Source: Eledone cirrhosa (Eukaryota). Taken from it: DNA of 64,000 nt. A program made the translations under genes and the position numbers. The stretch is taken from contig OZ024742.1 in NCBI GenBank assembly GCA_964016885.1, positions 170,500,001 through 170,564,000 of the forward strand. Direction: 5' to 3'. This document shows positions 54,971 through 64,000 of the stretch, piece after piece. Numbering within the stretch: position 1 is the stretch's first letter; every line of letters starts with the position of its first letter. The notes below the pieces were generated by a model that was given only the letters and a program-made list of their open reading frames with translations, had not been told where the DNA came from and made no database searches.

Positions 54971-55284
54971 ATTTATTAATGAATGATCACATATATGACC
55001 TCCTTTTCAACCCAAGAGACATACAGATACATATGCGTATATTGTTGCTTGGTGGGTCGACATCCATTATAACATTTAGCGTGGCAGTATACATTTAAAG
55101 ATTACATTCATATCAAAAGAGGATAAAAATTAAAATTAAAGTGAAAATACAACATGAAATTAATGCGATAGGATAGTCAGAAGCAGTTAGTGTGTGCAAT
55201 AGTTACACGTGTGGCAAGCACGTGTGTCTTATTTATATAATATTTTAGTGCGGCAGGGTGTTACATGTAATACAAGCACTTTAA

Positions 55285-55358
<74 letters not shown>

Positions 55359-55963
55359 TATCATGTAGGTTATGAGGTGGATTAAACCAAGTTATATCTC
55401 TGTAATGCATCTCTACCAAAACTGTCATCACTACCTTTCCCATGATTTTTCTAAACATCTCATTTATCAATTTCAGTCATTAGACTGCAGACACACACGA
55501 ATATCACTTTAAAGGGATTTAGTCGACAATATCGACCCCAATACTTTTTTTCACCTCTCGATCTTATTTTACCGCTTTTTTTGTTGAAACTCTGAATTGC
55601 GAAACATAAACATAGTCACAGACATAGACGTACAATACCGAATTACAGACACCAATACAAAAACACGCACACCCTCGCACACACAGAGACAGACACACAC
55701 ACATATGTATATGACGGTCAACCAAAGCTACAGTCGTTCAAGGTGTCACCGTAACAGTCAACCATGGCAATATTAACTCGAGGTGCTACCGCCACGCAAT
55801 GGGACTGAACTCGACACCACGTAGAAATTAAAAACAAAAGTAAAACTTTTGCAGAAACGGTTGGAGGTCCGAATCTCACAACCAACAGTTGTCTCTCTCT
55901 CTCTGTCTCTCTCTCACTTTCTCTTTCTGTATCTCTCTTACTCTCTCTCACTTTCTCTTTCTG

Positions 55964-56015
<52 letters not shown>

Positions 56016-56250
56016 CCTCTGTCTCTCTCTCTCTCACTTTCTCTTTCTCTCGTTGTATCTCTCTCTGTGTCTCTATCTCTCACTCACTCGCTTACTATCT
56101 CTCTGTCTCTCTCTCACGCTCTGTCAGTCTCTCTCTCTCTCTCTCTCTCTCTCTGTCAGTCTCTCTCTCTGTCTGTCTCTCTCTCTCACTCTCTGTCGGT
56201 CTCTCACTCCCTCACGCTCTCTCTCTGTCTGCCTCTCTCTCACTCTCTGT

Positions 56251-56295
<45 letters not shown>

Positions 56296-56531
56296 CCTCT
56301 CATGCTCTCTCTGTCTCTCATTAAAACACACACAGACCTGCTTTATTATGAGGCCATCTTAGTCATCTCCTGTCTTCTCGCTCCGCCCCCTTCTCCCCTT
56401 CCCACCCTCATCCTACTCCCTCTAAGCAGATACTCTCACCACTACTCCTTTGTTCTTAACACCATTAAATGTCAGATTTGTTTTCCTTTTCTTTTCACTT
56501 TCTTCCCGCCCCCTTTCCTCAGACATGTATG

Positions 56532-56612
<81 letters not shown>

Positions 56613-56621
56613 GTATGCATG

Positions 56622-56653
<32 letters not shown>

Positions 56654-56665
56654 TGTATGTATATG

Positions 56666-56726
<61 letters not shown>

Positions 56727-56760
56727 GTATGTGTGTGCATGTACATATATACATACATAC

Positions 56761-56794
<34 letters not shown>

Positions 56795-56966
56795 CTTAGC
56801 TGACCACTGACGTATATACTCAGGAAAATGTAAGCATATATTAATCACACACGCGTATATATATATATATATATATATATATACTACTTAGAACGCGTCT
56901 GAATCTACACATAAGTGAATTCATACAAACGTAATTATATACACATACAAAATATACCTATATATA

Positions 56967-57000
<34 letters not shown>

Positions 57001-57019
57001 TTCAGACCACAATTCTAAT

Positions 57020-57100
<81 letters not shown>

Positions 57101-57344
57101 CTTCGTATACGTACTAAATGACAACCATTCCTATTTTCGCACAATTCTCACTCATCTTGTCCTTCTTCGTCTCTTATCCTCCCTCCATTTCCTATTCTTC
57201 CCCTCCTCCCTTTCCTCACCCCCCCTCTCACCCCCCCCCCCAATCTCATCTCGACCCCCCCCCACCATTCTCTTCTAATTTCTGTTCCTCTATCTTTACT
57301 TTTTTTTATCCTCCCATTTCAGTTTACGCAACCACATGTTTGCA

Positions 57345-57392
57345 TACATACATACATACATACATACATACATACATACATACATACATACA

Positions 57393-57426
<34 letters not shown>

Positions 57427-58201
57427 CATACATATACATACATACAAACATACATACATACAAACATACATACATACATACATATATACATACATATACA
57501 TACATACATATACATACATATATACATACATACATATACATACATACATACATATACATACGTACATATATACATACATATACATACATATACATACATA
57601 TATACATACATACATATACATACATACATACATACATACGTATATACATATACATACATACATTTATACATACATACATTTATACATACATACTCACATA
57701 CACATACACACATACATATATACATAGATACACATACATAGATACATACATACAAACATACATACATTTATGCATACATATATACACATACGTACATACA
57801 TACATACATACATACATACATACATACATACATACATACATACATAAATACATACATACATACATACATACATATACATACATACATATATACATACATA
57901 TACATACATATACATACATATATACATACATACATATACATACATACATACATACGTATATACATACGTATATACATATACATACATACATTTATACATA
58001 CATACTCACATACACATACACACATACATATATACATAGATACATATACATAGATACATACATACAAACATACATACATTTATGCATACATATATACACA
58101 TAGATACATACATACATACATACATACATACATACATACAAACATACATACATACATACATACATACATACATACATACATACATACAAACATACATACA
58201 A

Positions 58202-58234
<33 letters not shown>

Positions 58235-58400
58235 CATACATATATACATACATACATACATACATACATACAAACATACATACAAACATACATACATACA
58301 TACATATATACATAGATACATACATACATACATACATACATACATACAAACATACATACATACAAACATACATACATACATACATATATACATACATATA

Positions 58401-58434
<34 letters not shown>

Positions 58435-58460
58435 CATACATATATACATACATACATACA

Positions 58461-58494
<34 letters not shown>

Positions 58495-58548
58495 CATACA
58501 TACACATATACATACATACATACATACATATATACATACATATATACA

Positions 58549-58582
<34 letters not shown>

Positions 58583-58600
58583 CATACATATATACATACA

Positions 58601-58634
<34 letters not shown>

Positions 58635-58684
58635 CATACATACATACATACATATATACATACATATATACATACATACATACA

Positions 58685-58718
<34 letters not shown>

Positions 58719-58744
58719 CATACATATATACATACATACATACA

Positions 58745-58778
<34 letters not shown>

Positions 58779-59125
58779 CATACATACATACATACATACA
58801 TACATACATACATACATACATACATACATACATACATACATACAAACATACATACATACATACATACATACAGACATACATACAAACATACATACATACA
58901 TACAAACATACATACATACATACATATATACATACATACATACATACATACATACATACATACATACATACATACATACATACAAACATACATACATACA
59001 AACATACATACATACATACAGACATACATACAAACATACATACATACATACAAACATACATACATACATACATACATACATACATACATACAGACATACA
59101 TACAAACATACATACATACATACAA

Positions 59126-59158
<33 letters not shown>

Positions 59159-59220
59159 CATACATATATACATACATACATACATACATACATACATACA
59201 TACATACAAACATACATACA

Positions 59221-59254
<34 letters not shown>

Positions 59255-59396
59255 CATACATACATACATACATACAAACACACATACATACATACATACA
59301 TATATACATACATATATACATACATACATACATACATACATATACATACATACATACATACATACATATACATACATATATACATACATACATACA

Positions 59397-59430
<34 letters not shown>

Positions 59431-59606
59431 CATACGTATATACATATACATACATACATACATACATACATTTATACATACATACAAACATACATACATA
59501 CATACATACATACATACATACATACAGACATACATACAAACATACATACATACATACAAACATACATACATACATACATATATACATACATATATACATA
59601 CATACA

Positions 59607-59640
<34 letters not shown>

Positions 59641-59742
59641 CATACATACATACATACATTCATACATACATACATACATACATACATACATACAAACATA
59701 CATACATACATACATATATACATACATATATACATACATACA

Positions 59743-59776
<34 letters not shown>

Positions 59777-59866
59777 CATACATACATACATATATACATA
59801 CATATATACATACATATATACATACATACATACATACATATATACATACATACATACATATATACA

Positions 59867-59900
<34 letters not shown>

Positions 59901-59922
59901 CATACATACATACATACATACA
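57345..59922. repeat. ~2.6-kb (CATA)n microsatellite
   Basis: Direct inspection. Confidence 0.97.
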
Positions 59923-60046
59923 TGTATTTCGTTTCAGAACTTTTTCCGCGATTGTTTTGAAAAAAATTCCCTTCCTATAAAGTTTCACTCTTAGATTTTG
60001 TCTGACTGTCTGCCCCCCCCCCCCCTCTCTCGCTCTTTCTCTGTCT

Positions 60047-60077
<31 letters not shown>

Positions 60078-60078
60078 C

Positions 60079-60199
<121 letters not shown>

Positions 60200-60274
60200 T
60201 ATACATATATATATATATATATAGACACACACATATATATACACACATGTATATATATATATATATATACACAC

Positions 60275-60315
<41 letters not shown>

Positions 60316-60329
60316 TATATATACACACA

Positions 60330-60367
<38 letters not shown>

Positions 60368-60401
60368 CACACACACACATATATATATATACATACATAT
60401 A

Positions 60402-60489
<88 letters not shown>

Positions 60490-60523
60490 CACACACACAC
60501 ATATATATATATACATACATATA

Positions 60524-60625
<102 letters not shown>

Positions 60626-60876
60626 TACATTCACACACGCACACAGGCAGCAATGTTTTGAAATTGAGAGTGAAGTATTGGTCATTCCATTGGTAGATCT
60701 ACTAGAGAGAGGGGGGTGGGGTGGGGGAGGAAGGAGGACATCATCCAACCACCGGCCTTTGTTTTCCTTCTCTTTTTCTTCTTCTTCTTCTCTTCTTTTA
60801 ACTCAAATCATTCTTTCGTCACTTTCTTAACTTGAAAGTTTCTTCGCAGAGTCGAAGAAACAGAAAAACTCATCAA

Positions 60877-61980
60877 CACCACCACCACCGCCACCACTCC
60901 ACCACTACCGCCACCACCACCAACAACACCATCACTACCACCACCGCCGCCACCACTCCACCACTACCGCCACCACCAACAACAACACCATCACTACCAC
61001 CACCACCACCACCACCACCACCACCGCCACCACTCCACCACTACCGCCACCACCACCAACAACAGCACCACCACCACCACCACCGCCGCCGCCACTCCAC
61101 CACTACCACCACCACCAACACCAACAACACCATCACTACCACCACCGCCGCCACCACTCCACCACTACCGCCACCACCACCAACAACACCATCACTACCA
61201 CCACCGCCGCCACCACTCCACCACTACCGCCACCACCACCAACAACACCATCACTACCACCACCACCACCACCACCACCACCGCCACCACTCCACCACTA
61301 CCGCCACCACCACCAACAACACCACCACCACCACCACCACTGCCACCACTCCACCACCACCACCACCACCAACAACAACACCACCACCACCACTGCCGCC
61401 ACCACTCCACCACTACCGCCACCACCACCACCAACACCATCACTACTACCACCACCACCACCACTCTACCATCATTTCCACTACAATCAATCAACATCAT
61501 CACTACCACCGCTACCAACACCAATCATCACCACTACGACCATCATCATAACCATTACAAATTACCAACATCACCAACATTACTAGTACCACTACCATCA
61601 CCACCACCACCACCACCACCACCACCACCACCACCAATAACAACAACAACAACATCAATAACAGCTTCTCTCTCCCTCCCACCACCACAACCACCACCAC
61701 CATCAATAACAACAACAACAACAACAACAACAACATCAATAACAGCTCCTCTTTCTCTCCCTCCCACCACCACAACCACCACCACCACCAATAACAACAA
61801 CAACAACAACAACAACATCAATAACAGCTCCTCTTTCTCTCCCTCCCACCACCACAACCACCACCACCACCACCAATAACAACAACAACAACAACAACAT
61901 CAATAACAGCTCCTCTTTCTCTCCCTCCCACCACCACCACCACCACCACCACCACCACCACCACCACCAACAACAACAAC
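60877..61980. repeat. (ACC/AAC)n low-complexity repeat
   Basis: Direct inspection. Confidence 0.9.
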
Positions 61981-62706
61981 GAAAACTTTAAATTGGAACT
62001 TTACTGTTTTCAGCTGTGATATATAGTATCGTATATTTTCAAAAAACTCCACAGAATCCCAAACTTTTAAACCGAATATAAACAGATCCTACCTTCTTTA
62101 GAACTTTAATTAGAAATACAACATCGACGATAGAAATTAAACCAAAATTTCAAGAAAATGCTAACAAAGACTGCAGTGTATTCCAGCTGGACAATTCTTT
62201 TATGTGGTATGTTAAAATATTTCTCTATTTGTTTTAAAATATGTAATTCTTCTTTTATTCTTTTACTGGTTTCAGTAGGTAGACTGTAACCAAGCTGTGG
62301 CGAAACTTCAAAGGGATTTAGTTGAGCATATATCGATCTCAGTACGTACATATATTATCGATCTCAGTACGTACATATATTATCAATCTCATTTTGTGAA
62401 ATTGTTAAGCTACGGGGTCTTATAGAAACAGTAAACGTGAAGATATATATAATATAGGTACCCACATATAAATAACACACACACACACACTCACACACAC
62501 ACATACACACACAGAGACACAGACACACACACATATATATAAAAATGAAAGGGTTCTACACACAATTTTCGTCTACCAAATTTTATTATCAAGACATCGG
62601 TCAAGCCGAAGATATGACAAAAGATATTTGCCCAAGATGCCAGAAGAGGGACTAAATCCGAAACCACGTGGTTGCGAAGTAAATTCCTTAACCACACAGT
62701 CATGCC

Positions 62707-62824
<118 letters not shown>

Positions 62825-62919
62825 TCGTGTGTGTGTGCGTGTGTATGTGTGTATGTCTATATATATATATATATGTCAAAAAGGAAGTTATAAATTGTCA
62901 GAATTAATATATGTATGTG

Positions 62920-62982
<63 letters not shown>

Positions 62983-63071
62983 GAATGTATGTATAGTATA
63001 TTTGGCAATATACCGTATGTTTAATTAAAAACATTTAGAAGACCACACACTATACATACATACGTACGTAC

Positions 63072-63140
<69 letters not shown>

Positions 63141-63141
<1 letters not shown>

Positions 63142-63332
63142 GTTCTTCCGGGTTGAATCGGAGGTAACCACAGTAAGTAAGGTACTCAATACATAGCAGA
63201 GTATAAAAGTTTTAATATAGATGAGATTCTACAGGACTAGAACTGTTTCATTCATTAGAAATCATCAGGAATCTCCTGATGATTCCTGATGATTTCTAAT
63301 GAATGAAACAGTTCTAGTCCTGTAGAATCTCA

Positions 63333-63337
<5 letters not shown>
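63141..63337. mobile_element. HHR family F fold-back element (- 63223-63275, + 63281-63329)
   Basis: rc: gagattc CTGATGA tttc taat gaat GAAA cag ttctagtc ctg TA gaatctc. Confidence 0.85.
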
Positions 63338-63416
<79 letters not shown>

Positions 63417-63423
63417 TAGATAG

Positions 63424-63644
63424 ATATTGGTTGTAAATCGAAGTTGTAGCCGCAATATAACAGGTACTAATCGAATTGTTTGAGGCAATCACAAAACACT
63501 CAAGCGAGATATTAATACATTATCGTCCAGAGTAAACACAAAAGTATGTATATGTATATATACATACTTTTGAGTGCTTTGTGATTGTCTCAAACAATTC
63601 GATTAATACCTGGTATATTGCGGCTACAACTTCGATTTACAACC

Positions 63645-63650
<6 letters not shown>
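63424..63650. repeat. Inverted-repeat element in (TA)n
   Basis: ATATTGGTTGTAAATCGAAGTTGTAGCCGCAATATA... and its reverse complement ending at ~63649. Confidence 0.8.
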
Positions 63651-63719
<69 letters not shown>

Positions 63720-63856
63720 GATATATGTATGTATATATATACATAGAAATATGTATGTATATATATACATAGATATATGTATGTATATATATACATAGAT
63801 ATATGTATGTGTGTGTATATATATATATATATAAATGTAGATATATACATATACTT

Positions 63857-63927
<71 letters not shown>

Positions 63928-64000
63928 TATGTATATACATCGATATATATATGGATGAATATATATGTATATATATATGTATATACATCTATATATATAT

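Noticed and set aside
60832-61857. His/Pro/Thr-rich ORFs
   Set aside because: (ACC)n low-complexity sequence
63424-63650. Hammerhead within this inverted repeat
   Set aside because: No intact core found; kept only as an inverted repeat

Overview
Repeat-dominated, AT-rich animal genomic DNA. The SINE and microsatellite content suggests an Octopus-like cephalopod, which is inference only. There is no confidently identifiable host gene; the only candidate is a GC-rich minus-strand exon at about 48.5-48.9 kb. Recognisable mobile elements are four Helitron-type elements, several Penelope-like retroelements (PLEs; RT + GIY-YIG), two degenerate hAT transposons, RTE-type LINE fragments and many tRNA-derived SINEs, some with target-site duplications. 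The main signal found by reading the sequence is a dense set of type I hammerhead ribozyme (HHR) motifs: roughly 35 by manual count, in about 14 sequence families. Most sit in short non-coding units inserted in (TA)n tracts. These units occur as solo copies, as retrozyme-like tandem arrays (340-bp and ~528-bp units), or as head-to-head fold-back palindromes with one fixed polarity whose centres often fall on the ribozyme itself. Several families show compensatory base changes, unusual cores (CAGAAGA, CCGAAGA, a U.U opposition at the base of stem II, branched stem II) and a shared TTGAGTRC motif downstream of the cleavage site. One 517-bp HHR unit is fused directly to a truncated Penelope RT ORF. 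All folds were derived by eye and catalytic activity is untested. Most long ORFs in the supplied track are microsatellite artefacts.
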